This document shows, piece after piece, positions 1-9,539 of a DNA stretch of 64,000 nucleotides (positions are counted from its first letter, which is position 1; every line of letters starts with the position of its first letter). The notes under the pieces were generated by a model. The model made no database searches. It was not told where the DNA came from and was given only the letters and a program-made list of their open reading frames with translations. The position numbers and the translations under genes were made by a program. The stretch comes from Methanoregula sp. (GTDB taxonomy: Archaea; Halobacteriota; Methanomicrobia; Methanomicrobiales; Methanospirillaceae), in contig JAUYTV010000017.1 of NCBI GenBank assembly GCA_030694985.1, forward strand, positions 3,747 through 67,746, written 5' to 3'.

Positions 1-142
1 ACCACCGGAAGTCTGGCCAAGCCAGTACGATCTGCGGGTCATAGCGAAAGCCATCAAATCCATGCACGGCGACCAGCATCTTCCCGGAGAGGGGCTTATC
101 CGCTACCTGCTTAAGGGTACCAGTATGGAGGGATTGATTTAA
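1..142 (+). CDS. 3' end of a hypothetical protein running in from the window edge
   Basis: Frame starting at nt 2 reads PPEVWPSQYDLRVIAKAIKSMHGDQHLPGEGLIRYLLKGTSMEGLI then TAA at 140-142; protein-like composition, no family recognised. Confidence 0.45.
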   Translation, partial: PPEVWPSQYDLRVIAKAIKSMHGDQHLPGEGLIRYLLKGTSMEGLI

Positions 143-1024
143 CCGGGTTATCGGGCAGGGTGCCGGTTACTGTTCGTGCGGTATATCCGACACGATACTT
201 TTTTCATCCTATAAAAAACTCCCCTGGCACTTCCCACTCACCCTGTCATCCATGCACATCACAAACTCCACTTTAAAAAAAAATACAAAACCAATTTCCA
301 AACCCTGTTACGTAAAGGAGAAGATCGCTCCATACCGGATAGAAAACTGCTGGATATTTCGCATGAACGGAGGGGCGGAAAGATGCGGGAAATTTACGTT
401 GTTGTTCGACATGAGAGTAATTCGTTCCGAACCTCAAAACAGGCCTTCTTTTCCTTTTGACCGTGTTACCCACCAATTCTTCAGAGTTTTGCCTCCCATT
501 AGCGTACATTAGCGTTTTATAGTTCAATGCAAACGCTCCGTTTGGCGCAAATCTTGTGGAATATGCGTTTTAAAAAAAAATGTGTGTAAAAGTTTACGGT
601 TTTTTGCACAAAATTTGCGAAAATGTCAAAACTGGGGTAAGGGCCCACCGTCGGAGATCGGTCATGTCCATTTCCGTACTATTCCAGGGTATGATCCTTT
701 ATGTGATCGCTGGGATAGAGTGCCCCGGGTCAGCAGGAATCAACGTGTGTAAGCCTCTCATGTCACCTTCTCTTCATCCCAAAGTTTGGTGCCCTTATTC
801 TCCCACACATCCCAACATGAAATCCGCTGTCACCAATGTTCTGCCGTTCATCAGATCCGGACGAAAAAACTGATAATAACACCCGATGCAGGAAAAGACT
901 AAATCATTGACTTAAAAACCGTAACGTTTCTTAACCGTTCATGCCGCTTTTTAATAAAAAGTCCGGGCCGTTTTAAAAAGTGCTGATTATTGCGATACTT
1001 TTTAAAAAAACTCCCGAAACTCAT

Positions 1025-1303
1025 ATGAGTCCCTGCGGCAAACCAACTACTGTTTCATTAGGAGAGAGAAGCGGGATTGGATCAGCAATGCAAGTAACAC
1101 AGGTACAATTGAAAATGATTGTAATCGGGCTCATCCCGGTTTTTTTAATACTCACCGTTATCATGCCAAGCAATACCATTACTACCATCCTGTTAGCAGC
1201 TGTGGTACTCACTGCCATAGTGATCACGTACATTGGATGGTCAATGGAGAAGCGGGAAGCAAAGGGAGACGATGACCTGCTGGCACTTCCAAAAAAGAAA
1301 TAG
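1025..1303 (+). CDS. small membrane protein, hypothetical
   Basis: ORF 980-1303 with ATG at 1025; two hydrophobic segments and a charged C-terminus. Confidence 0.5.
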   Translation: MSPCGKPTTVSLGERSGIGSAMQVTQVQLKMIVIGLIPVFLILTVIMPSNTITTILLAAVVLTAIVITYIGWSMEKREAKGDDDLLALPKKK

Positions 1304-1363
1304 TAATTTTCTTTTTTCATAGCAAAGGGAAATCAGAGCGATCTAAAAAAAACATTGGACCAT

Positions 1364-2473
1364 TCACAAAGTTATATTTTTTGGACTGGCAATTCCAAAT
1401 AGCGCCCGGACAAAAGGAATTCTCCTGATGATCTCGTAGCAGGCAAATGTCAGCAGGAAACTTACGATCACAATGGCTGCGAACTGAAGTGCCGGAGGGA
1501 TGGTGAGCATCACCACATAATAGGCAATTGCCACCAGAATTGCCTGGTGAATAATATACACGGGATACGCTGCCGCACCCATGTAGGTGGCAAAGTTGTT
1601 GGTAAAATTAAACAGGTGCCTGCCTGCACCCATGAGTGCAAGAACACCAATCCATCCGGTTAAGACAAAGATTGCGGAATTCCCCCACAATATTTCGGAA
1701 TGCCCAAGGATTATTCCCCAAATCCATATCCCCCCGATTGTCAAAATGATCCATGCAGTTAATAGAACGGCCCAGAATTTTTCCAGTTGGACCTGGACCG
1801 AATCCATCGCAAGCAGGTAGTACCCGATAAGGAACATGACAAAAAAGGAAAGAAAAGAATATTCTGCCACTCGAAAGCCGACCAGATTCAGGAGCCAGAC
1901 GGGAATAAACAAAAGGCCCATGACCAGAATATTTACATTTTTTAGATTGAAGTGAAGTCTTTTTTGCTTTTGTCCAAGCAGTATCACCCCGAGTGCCGCA
2001 ATGGATATAATAAATAAAAATATGATAAACCAGAGGTGCTCAACGCTAAAATCCCCGTAAATTCCTTTTCGTGCATCAATATTCTGAATTGAACTGAAGA
2101 AATGCACAAACGCACCGAAAAAGCTCCCGGTATAGCCCGTGTGGAATTTCATAGCATAGTAGGCAATAATGGGGCAGATGAGAACCATTCCGGCAAGGAA
2201 CGGGACAAGGAGTTTTGTTATACGCTCTTTCAGGTACACACGGGACGTACGCTTCTGTAATGCAAATTTCGTACTCATTCCGGCAACACAGAAGAGCAAC
2301 GGCATGATCCAGGTCAAAACAGAAACATAGAAACAATGTGCAGCAGCAGACGAGTAATCTGAAGAAACATAATAGCCGTACCATCCAGCGCAAAATATGG
2401 TTGCGGCGTGTACAGGAAAGAGCAGCAGGATACACATCCACCGCAGATTGTCGATATAATGCAATCGGACCAT
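1364..2473 (-). CDS. acyltransferase-3 family membrane protein (OpgC/MdoC-like)
   Basis: N-terminal RLHYIDNLR motif, MPLLFCVAG, ERITKLLVPF, HLWFI, YPVYIIHQ; about 10 TM segments. Confidence 0.9.
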   Translation of the reverse strand: MVRLHYIDNLRWMCILLLFPVHAATIFCAGWYGYYVSSDYSSAAAHCFYVSVLTWIMPLLFCVAGMSTKFALQKRTSRVYLKERITKLLVPFLAGMVLICPIIAYYAMKFHTGYTGSFFGAFVHFFSSIQNIDARKGIYGDFSVEHLWFIIFLFIISIAALGVILLGQKQKRLHFNLKNVNILVMGLLFIPVWLLNLVGFRVAEYSFLSFFVMFLIGYYLLAMDSVQVQLEKFWAVLLTAWIILTIGGIWIWGIILGHSEILWGNSAIFVLTGWIGVLALMGAGRHLFNFTNNFATYMGAAAYPVYIIHQAILVAIAYYVVMLTIPPALQFAAIVIVSFLLTFACYEIIRRIPFVRALFGIASPKNITL

Positions 2474-2701
2474 GAACTACTCAATTATGTGGACCTTTGA
2501 ATGAATAATAGTACGTTTTTATGGCGGTTTAAAAAATTTAAATCAGAAAAACGTACACAACAAAAAAAATGGATACTTATGGCAATGTGCTGTAATTTTC
2601 CGGGACAGAACCGACCTGTATCTCTCACGGGAAAACAGGGCATGGCATGACACCCTTCTTATCCCACGGAAAAATTATTACAGGAAGGGGGGCGAGACCG
2701 C

Positions 2702-3850
2702 TCAAAGCACACTCTTTACCCCGGGTATAGCACGGATTAGGTGCGCTAACAAAAACGAGAAGCAGATTGCCAGCGGGAGCACCACAGCAAATTTGGTGAG
2801 CTGGGGAAGGGCAAAGCCTGCCAGTGCAATTGCAAGGAGAATAAGGATGACCGGGTGGATGATATACACGGTATAGGAATCTCCGGCCATTGCCCGGGCA
2901 ACAGGCCCTTGCCTATTGAACCATTGGGAGAATAGCCAGAGCATTCCGGTGATTATCATTACTCCTGCCATCTGTTCCCAGAAAGCATAGAACACGGCCT
3001 GCCATTGAAGCCCTCCGATGAACAGGGCAGGCCCGGACGATGAATTCGTGATCAGGTGAATGAAGACTGGCTGGACTGCGATAAGAAACAGGGCTGCGAT
3101 GGCACAGGTCTTACCGACACGGGAAGGGATATCATCAAACCAGTTGTTTTGCGCCGCGTAAATGCCAATGATAAAGGCTGCGATATACTGCGGGAAGAAC
3201 GGGAGCTGGAATCCGAACAGCCACATGGACCCGATAGGCAGGAAGATCCGGACAACCGCAGTGACAATCCCAAGAAGAAGCCCAAGAGCAACGATAGAAG
3301 CAAAACCCGGAAATGGGTGCGATTTTACTTTGACATGTGGTTCCGTCCGGAACAACCCGGTCCAGAGCAGGTACACAAAGGTTGCCACGAGCAGGAAGAA
3401 GACAAACCACATCGGTCCGAGCCCGGCTCCGGTGAGTGGATTTAAGAAGGTCGCCGGGGGCATCGGAAGTGTTCCCGTACCATTCAGAATGATAAGCAGG
3501 ATAAGTGGGTTGATTAAGAGAACCCAGACAAGGAGCGGGATGCCGAGCCTTACTAAACGGTCACGGGTGAAACGGTCCCTTCCCTTGCGCTGAAGCGACC
3601 CCACAACAAAATACGCTGACACCAGAACAAAGAAACCCATAAAGAATGACTGGTTCAGCGAATCGATCACAAAAAGGATGAACGGTGTTGTGGAACCGTT
3701 GCCAGGGTCAGTGAAGTACCAGGCACCCGGGCCGCCGTAAGTGATCGAGCAGTGCGTTGCGATCACAAGGCAGATCAGGAGGATCCGGATACTATCAATA
3801 TAAAGGAGTCGCGGGCCACTTTTCTTATCAGCTGCTTCTGCGACGGTCAT
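2702..3850 (-). CDS. acyltransferase-3 family membrane protein
   Basis: RLLYIDSIR, FFMGFFVLVSAYF, RLVRLGIP, GPMWF, YTVYIIHP motifs; polytopic; start placed at ATG 3850. Confidence 0.9.
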   Translation of the reverse strand: MTVAEAADKKSGPRLLYIDSIRILLICLVIATHCSITYGGPGAWYFTDPGNGSTTPFILFVIDSLNQSFFMGFFVLVSAYFVVGSLQRKGRDRFTRDRLVRLGIPLLVWVLLINPLILLIILNGTGTLPMPPATFLNPLTGAGLGPMWFVFFLLVATFVYLLWTGLFRTEPHVKVKSHPFPGFASIVALGLLLGIVTAVVRIFLPIGSMWLFGFQLPFFPQYIAAFIIGIYAAQNNWFDDIPSRVGKTCAIAALFLIAVQPVFIHLITNSSSGPALFIGGLQWQAVFYAFWEQMAGVMIITGMLWLFSQWFNRQGPVARAMAGDSYTVYIIHPVILILLAIALAGFALPQLTKFAVVLPLAICFSFLLAHLIRAIPGVKSVL

Positions 3851-3874
3851 TAGACAAATATTCAGCATTTCATG

Positions 3875-4181
3875 CTATTTATTCCTCACCATTATTTTTA
3901 AACCGGACCTCTTTTTTTTAAAGATCTCCTGCCCTGTGTTGCCGCTTCCTAAAACCTCCTCGCAATATTTCCCATAGAAATGGCTGAGATCAAATTTTGA
4001 TCCAAGGTCCAGAATGATTTTGCTGAGGTCATCTTCCGGAAGCCATTTGCTCATATCTACAGGAAAAAGAAATTGGTGGTCTGAGCGATGAGAGATGTGG
4101 TGCTGCGGCATTTATTATGTATCTGCTTTCTTAGATATATTTGTTAAAATTCTGTCTGGGTGGCTTTCATGCAATAGCCTG
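3875..4181 (-). mobile_element. relic of an IS1182-like element: N-terminal transposase fragment (ORF 3875-4111) plus possible left end
   Basis: QFLFPVDMSKWLPEDDLSKIILDLGSKFDLSHFYGKY resembles the IS1182 transposase N-terminus; similarity stops near 3943; a candidate terminal repeat CAGGCTATTGCAT starts at 4181 on the minus strand. Confidence 0.6.
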
Positions 4182-4290
4182 TTTAAAAAATGTAAAAAAA
4201 AAGGGTACAATGACCGTGTGCCATAATTACCTGGACGTAAACGACCGGTGTCTCCTCAGGGACAACAGGCTCCGGCATGACACCATTTTT

Positions 4291-5271
4291 TCAGACAATC
4301 GAATTTTCCGTCCGTTTGGAAAGCCCGATCTTGCAAAAGAGGAACGGTGCACCCGCCGTTACCCAGAGCCCGGCAAGTACCGCCCGGAAATATGTCATTA
4401 CGGAGCCTGCCAAATCCGGTGATTTTGTCAATGCACTGAGTGCAATCCAGAAACAACCAAGGACAACAATTCCCACAAGATACCGGATGGCTTTTTGAGA
4501 TATCGTGCCATCAACACAGTAAGGGATATACTCTGCACTGATAATCGAACCGGTCAAAGCCCCGAACATGATACCTGCTGTCATAAGCACCTCGTGCAGA
4601 GACAGGGGATTTATCGATACAGTGGTTTGCGCATATGCAAGTGCGAACCAGTCAGCAGGCACCTGCCAGGTACCATAACTGAAAAGCACCATGTGGGACA
4701 GAAGGATGACGAGGCCCGATGCACACAGTGCGAGAAGAATCCTGATATGGATAGGTTTTTGTAACCCCCACGCTGCAACTGGTTTTTCATACCGCAGGAA
4801 TAGCAGGAGCACAATAAGAGCAAAAAACCAGCCGGTGAGAATATCTGCAAGAAAATGCACGCCAAGATACATCCTTGCAATCGCGACAAGGAAAATGAGA
4901 ACAATACAGATGATCCATACCCATGTTTTTTTAAACCAGGTCCCGATAAACCCAAGGAATGATAACGAAACCTGGGCTGCGGCCGAAGGCATACCAAATG
5001 AAGGTTCGGAGGCAAAAGCTTTCACTTCCGGACTAATCCAATACGGGCGCGGAGCATGGAACAGGAGCTTGAGCATCACATTGAACGCAGCACTTACTGA
5101 AATAAGGATCAACAGACGTAACCCCAGTGTCTTGTCATAACACCATAGGATCATCGGGATAACTACAAGATAGAACTCCGGTAGTCCCATAAGTGAGATA
5201 ATCTGCATAAATATACCAAGACCGGGCGCATTTGCCTGCAAGAAAATATTTGGCCCTGTCTGTAAATCCAT
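4291..5271 (-). CDS. PAP2-superfamily membrane phosphatase-like protein with a variant C2 motif
   Basis: C1 KLLFHAPRP and C3 ARMYLGVHFLAD are present; C2 reads PSAA instead of PSGH; multiple TM helices. Confidence 0.85.
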   Translation of the reverse strand: MDLQTGPNIFLQANAPGLGIFMQIISLMGLPEFYLVVIPMILWCYDKTLGLRLLILISVSAAFNVMLKLLFHAPRPYWISPEVKAFASEPSFGMPSAAAQVSLSFLGFIGTWFKKTWVWIICIVLIFLVAIARMYLGVHFLADILTGWFFALIVLLLFLRYEKPVAAWGLQKPIHIRILLALCASGLVILLSHMVLFSYGTWQVPADWFALAYAQTTVSINPLSLHEVLMTAGIMFGALTGSIISAEYIPYCVDGTISQKAIRYLVGIVVLGCFWIALSALTKSPDLAGSVMTYFRAVLAGLWVTAGAPFLFCKIGLSKRTENSIV

Positions 5272-5463
5272 GTCATTAGTACATTCAACATGATTACAAA
5301 TAAAAACACTAGAATTGGGTTACTGGATAATCCTGCTTCCGTGCTTCAGCCTGTTGAGTGTGGCGTGGAAAAATACATTCACCCAGCGCTCTAAAACTAT
5401 TTTAACTCCCCAATATTAACAAAAAACCATAAAAATAATCTGATTTTTAAAGGTGTTAGAAAA

Positions 5464-5886
5464 ATGAAAAAAAGAATCTATATTGCAGGACCCCTGTTTT
5501 CTCATGCAGAACTAAGATTCAATGAACTGGTAAATGAATTCATAGAAAAAAAAGGGCACGTAACTTTTTTTCCGCAAAGAGACGGGAAAAAATTAGCAGA
5601 TCTTTTGCATAACGGAGAATCCAAAGAAAAGTCAGCAAAGATTATTTTTAATCTTGATGTTGATGAAATCAAGAAAGCAGATATTTTAATTGTTATTCTG
5701 GATGGACGAGTTCCTGATGAAGGGGCGTGTGTAGAATTGGGTATTGCATATGCTTTGAATAAAATTTGTATTGGTTTAAAAACAGATTCCCGCTGTTTAA
5801 TGGACAATGCAGATAATCCACTAATTCTTGGAGCACTTAAAGGAAGGATAGCAAAAAATATTGAAGATCTTGAAAACTTCATTTAA
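5464..5886 (+). CDS. nucleoside 2-deoxyribosyltransferase / N-glycosidase family protein
   Basis: IYIAGPLF, FFPQRDG, DVDEIKKADILIVILDG, DEGACVELGIAYAL motifs; visibly AT-rich. Confidence 0.85.
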   Translation: MKKRIYIAGPLFSHAELRFNELVNEFIEKKGHVTFFPQRDGKKLADLLHNGESKEKSAKIIFNLDVDEIKKADILIVILDGRVPDEGACVELGIAYALNKICIGLKTDSRCLMDNADNPLILGALKGRIAKNIEDLENFI

Positions 5887-6030
5887 ATCTATTTTTTAAT
5901 CCATAAATCAGGGCAATTAAACAGAATATACGTTTTTTCCGGGATGGTTTTATAATCCAGAAACCCCCGCACTTGTGGTCATTACCCCCAAATCACACGC
6001 TGTGTGGTTGTTCCCGTTTTTTTTAAAAGA

Positions 6031-6402
6031 TTATCTTGCCGGAATCCCGGTCTCTTTTTGTATCACCCAGCTCGCTATCCAGTCGGCAAGGACACCATAG
6101 ATGATCCCAAAGACAAAGAGCAGCCCGGCACCAGTATAATTGTGGGCGAACAGAGGGACAATACAGAGCAGGAGACTAAAAACTGCCCCAAGAGCGGCTC
6201 CCCGCACGGCAGGGTGAAGGGAGATACCATCGGCTATACCAATAACAAATCCCTGGATTGCCCGGCTGTAGAAGATCATCACCATGAACCAGGGCTCTGG
6301 CGTTACACCTTGAGGGGCAAAAACCAGCAGGCTTCCTGCGCAGTACAGGCCGGTGAGAATGCCAATTGTCGTAGTAATTGCTATTCGCTTTTTTTGAACC
6401 AT
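6031..6402 (-). CDS. hypothetical 4-TM membrane protein
   Basis: 123-aa ORF with ATG start and four Gly-rich hydrophobic segments. Confidence 0.7.
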   Translation of the reverse strand: MVQKKRIAITTTIGILTGLYCAGSLLVFAPQGVTPEPWFMVMIFYSRAIQGFVIGIADGISLHPAVRGAALGAVFSLLLCIVPLFAHNYTGAGLLFVFGIIYGVLADWIASWVIQKETGIPAR

Positions 6403-6588
6403 ATTCCAACACCAGATAGAGACTGGAGTCAGTAAAAAGCCTTACCATTTATCACTCCTTCTTCCAGGTTTAACAGGAATGGGGTCGTTCTGCCCTGTAA
6501 TTACCCGGGGGTGAAAAATCCCCCAGATAAAAGTTACCGAATGAATTTTGTTAAAGCCGGGAGGATAATAAAAAAAGAAAAAAAATGC

Positions 6589-6834
6589 TTATCGCCTTAC
6601 GCAGAAGTAACCGCCGCGAAGATGGTGCTTTGTAAAGAGCTCGCACGCCGGGCAGAAGCAGCCGATAATTTTCATCGATGTTGCCGATGACTGCCCGCGT
6701 GAGCAGAAGAGTTCGGTGGGCTGGTATTTTTCAAGCGAGTGATGCTTGTAGTTCTGGCAATTCGTGCAGTACTTCCTGCAGAGCTGCCGGTTCTCTTCGT
6801 TATCCTCAACAACCGGTTTGCTGGAATCAATCAT
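6589..6834 (-). CDS. DUF2769-like small Cys-rich (putative metal-binding) protein
   Basis: Pattern CxxxCxxCxxY...LFCxxG...CxCxxC...GGYFC. Confidence 0.75.
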   Translation of the reverse strand: MIDSSKPVVEDNEENRQLCRKYCTNCQNYKHHSLEKYQPTELFCSRGQSSATSMKIIGCFCPACELFTKHHLRGGYFCVRR

Positions 6835-6905
6835 GCTCTATAGGGTGAGCGGTGATGGATAATAGATTTTTTTAATTGTGTTTTTCTGGTTAAAAAAAAT
6901 GACTA

Positions 6906-7148
6906 CTACCAGACGCAGAAGTATCCGATGTTAAGATGGTGCTTATTGAAGAGTTCGCAGGCCGGGCAGAAGCAACCGATCTCTTTCATTGCCGGGGCGG
7001 GTGACTTTTTTTATGCGCAGAAGAGTTCTGTGGGCTGGTATTTTTCAAGCAAATGACGCTTGTAATTCGGGCATACTTTACATTACTTCCTGCATATCTG
7101 CCGGTTCTCTTCTGTATCTTTTATCGTATCTTTGCGGGGATTTATCAT
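6906..7148 (-). pseudogene. degenerate tandem paralog of the DUF2769-like gene
   Basis: Manual translation MINPRKDTIKDTEENRQICRK*CKVCPNYKRHLLEKYQPTELFCA*KKSPAPAMKEIGCFCPACELFNKHHLNIGYFCVW; colinear with 6589-6834, two in-frame TAA stops. Confidence 0.85.
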
Positions 7149-7175
7149 GAAAAAGAGGTAGGTGATGATGGCTAA
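7043..7175 (+). repeat. 133-bp direct repeat, copy 1 (copy 2 at 10729-10861)
   Basis: TTTCAAGCAAATGACG...GATGATGGCTAA; 132/133 identical, one mismatch T7121 vs C10807. Confidence 0.95.
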
Positions 7176-7327
7176 AATTTTTCGTTTCTATACGTTACCT
7201 TTAAAAAAAAATTTACTTCTGACTGGATTACATCACTGCAGTAATTGATTATTTTCAATTTTTGATTCCAGAGGAAAAAGATATCACCAGTAACATACAG
7301 TCTTTATAAAAAATAGAACTCCGGAAG

Positions 7328-8704
7328 TTGGTCCTTACGATATCAGTTCTCTATGTCGATGATGAATCAGGCTTGCTTGAAATAGGTAAAATCTATCTTG
7401 AGCAGACAACCGAATTTGCCGTGACCACTGCACTATCGGCGTCTGCTGGACTCGACCGGTTAAAATCTGATGGGATTCAGGCTATTGTTTCCGATTACCA
7501 GATGCCGGGGATTGATGGTATCGAGTTTTTAAAACAGGTCCGGGCAACCGACAAACATATTCCCTTTATCATGTTTACCGGTAGAGGCCGGGAAGAGATC
7601 GCTATCGAAGCCTTTGAAAACGGTGCAGATTTTTATCTCCAGAAAGGGGGAGAACCCAAATCGCAGTTTGCCGAGCTTGGGCACAAGATTAAGGCAGCAG
7701 TCGAACACCAACGATCGACGACGCAGGTCACCACCCTCAACCGTCTCTACACGGTGCTTTCCGCAACCAACAAGGCAATCGTTCGTATTCATGATAAAGT
7801 AGAACTGTTAACTGAGATTTGCCGGATTGTTGTCGATGACGGCGGCTTTGCGATGGCATGGGCGGGTCTTGTCAATGGTAAAAAACATCTCATCGAACCA
7901 GTTGCGGCATATGGACATATTGATGGGTACCTTGACACGATCGCGATATCGACTGATGATTGTCCACGGGGGCGGGGTCCAACCGGAACCGCATATCGTG
8001 AGAGAACATTCGTTGTGTGTAACGATATTAAAAACGATCCAATGATGGCACCGTGGCGTGAAGGGGCGCTCGAACGAGGCTACCGTTCACTCGCCGCATT
8101 CCCCTTTGCAATTGATACCAGAAATGCCGGTGTTATTACTTTGTATGCTCCAGAACCGGGATTTTTTACTGACCAGATCATACGGCTTCTTGATGAACAA
8201 TCCGGGGACCTTTCATTTGCTTTTGTTACTCTTGATCACAAAGAGCGACGATTATCTGCCGAAAAAAATCTCAAAACCTCAGAACTCCAGTACCGCCGCC
8301 TTTTTGAAACTGCACAGGATGCAATCCTGATCCTCGATGGGGATACGGGTGAAGTTATCGATGCAAATAAATTTATTCTTGATATGCTGGGATACCCGCT
8401 TTCGTATTTTCTTGGCAAACATCTTTGGGAACTGGGGTTCATCAAGGACAAATCCATTGCCCAGCAGGCATTCAAGGAGCTAAAAACGATTGGCTATATC
8501 CGGTACGAAGACATCCCGCTTGAAAGAAAAGACGGGAAGAATTTTAACGTCGAATTCATCAGCAATGTCTACCTTGTCGATGATAAAAAAATTATCCAGT
8601 GCAACATCAGGGATATCACTGACAAAAAAGTTGTTCAGGATGCATTGCAGGCAGGGGGGAGTGTAAAAGTGATGACAAAGGGGTTCGATTCATCCCGTGA
8701 CTAA
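7328..8704 (+). CDS. REC-GAF-PAS signalling protein, probably a C-terminally truncated hybrid histidine kinase
   Basis: VLYVDDE, VSDYQMP and FTGRG (REC); GRGPTGTA..GYRSLAAFP (GAF); YRRLFETAQD..CNIRDIT (PAS); ends after DALQA with unrelated residues and has no HisKA/HATPase. Confidence 0.85.
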   Translation: MVLTISVLYVDDESGLLEIGKIYLEQTTEFAVTTALSASAGLDRLKSDGIQAIVSDYQMPGIDGIEFLKQVRATDKHIPFIMFTGRGREEIAIEAFENGADFYLQKGGEPKSQFAELGHKIKAAVEHQRSTTQVTTLNRLYTVLSATNKAIVRIHDKVELLTEICRIVVDDGGFAMAWAGLVNGKKHLIEPVAAYGHIDGYLDTIAISTDDCPRGRGPTGTAYRERTFVVCNDIKNDPMMAPWREGALERGYRSLAAFPFAIDTRNAGVITLYAPEPGFFTDQIIRLLDEQSGDLSFAFVTLDHKERRLSAEKNLKTSELQYRRLFETAQDAILILDGDTGEVIDANKFILDMLGYPLSYFLGKHLWELGFIKDKSIAQQAFKELKTIGYIRYEDIPLERKDGKNFNVEFISNVYLVDDKKIIQCNIRDITDKKVVQDALQAGGSVKVMTKGFDSSRD

Positions 8705-8908
8705 AGGCAAGGGTTTTCTCGACCCCTTTACCTGAGATCATAACAACAAATATTCCAGACCTTTCCTATGAGCACGATCATTACCTGCATGGCATTTTTA
8801 AAACGGGGAGCTCATGAAAGGTAATGTATGTTTTGTTGATACAGTCTGCTGGATTGCGACTTTTTTTTGATCCGAAATTTAATAATGTGTCCTGCTGTAG
8901 TCTATAGT

Positions 8909-9172
8909 ATGACTCAGGCAATTCATCACCCCCACGATCAGGATCTGACCGTACGGAGGGGAAAAGTTCCTAAGACCACTATCCAGGTTACCCTTCATAC
9001 CAAGGATTACCTGGATAAAATCAAAGAACAGTCTGGCATCGAGACCTATGAACAGGCAATTCTGTTCCTGATACGCGAGCGACGGAAACATCTCCCGTCG
9101 TCATTCGGAAAATTACCTGGCATCGGTCATTTTACCCGCGAGGAGGATGATTCTCATCGGATTCGTCATTGA
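8909..9172 (+). CDS. vapB: putative VapB-type antitoxin
   Basis: Small protein with TTIQVT..TYEQAILFLI..SSFGKLP; overlaps the downstream PIN-domain gene. Confidence 0.7.
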   Translation: MTQAIHHPHDQDLTVRRGKVPKTTIQVTLHTKDYLDKIKEQSGIETYEQAILFLIRERRKHLPSSFGKLPGIGHFTREEDDSHRIRH

Positions 9173-9539
9173 TACGTGGGTCTGGGTTGAATATTATCTC
9201 GGTGAAGATTCACGTGTGAACGAGTATATTGAAAATGACAGCATCGACTTGTTCACATCCACAATTACCCTTACCGAAATGATAAAATTCCTTCATCAGA
9301 ACCACGAGAATCCGGAGAATATCTCCCATGTTGTTTCAGAGATCGGTATCAGGAGTCTTGTTATCCCGGTGACGGAAGATATAGCCATTCTTGCCGGTGA
9401 ATTCAAAAATGAGGGATTCAAAGGCGGGATTGCCGACACCATCATCCTCGCAACAGCCCGATCCGGGGGTCATAAGGTGGTCACCGGTGATCCCCATTTC
9501 AAAGCGATATCAGACGCCGTGTTCCTTAAAACCGGCTAA
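9147..9539 (+). CDS. vapC: VapC-type PIN-domain toxin
   Basis: VIDTWVW, TSTITLTE, GIADTIILATA and VTGDPHF carry the PIN acidic residues. Confidence 0.9.
   Translation: MILIGFVIDTWVWVEYYLGEDSRVNEYIENDSIDLFTSTITLTEMIKFLHQNHENPENISHVVSEIGIRSLVIPVTEDIAILAGEFKNEGFKGGIADTIILATARSGGHKVVTGDPHFKAISDAVFLKTG

Noticed and set aside
252-873. Short ORFs 252-512, 273-527 and 580-873
   Set aside because: No motifs, overlapping frames and homopolymer-rich context; more likely intergenic or degraded DNA
6906-7148. Stop-codon readthrough (Pyl/Sec) to rescue interrupted genes
   Set aside because: The stops here are TAA. The isolated TAG/TGA stops at 10.6, 43.0 and 49.5 kb lie in degraded frames, mostly with frameshifts or further stops, and no pyl/sel genes are in the window
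8677-8700. GGGGTTCGATTCATCCC as a tRNA fragment or att site
   Set aside because: The T-stem does not pair, and similarity to the tRNA-Leu 3' end needs a gap and a mismatch over a very short length
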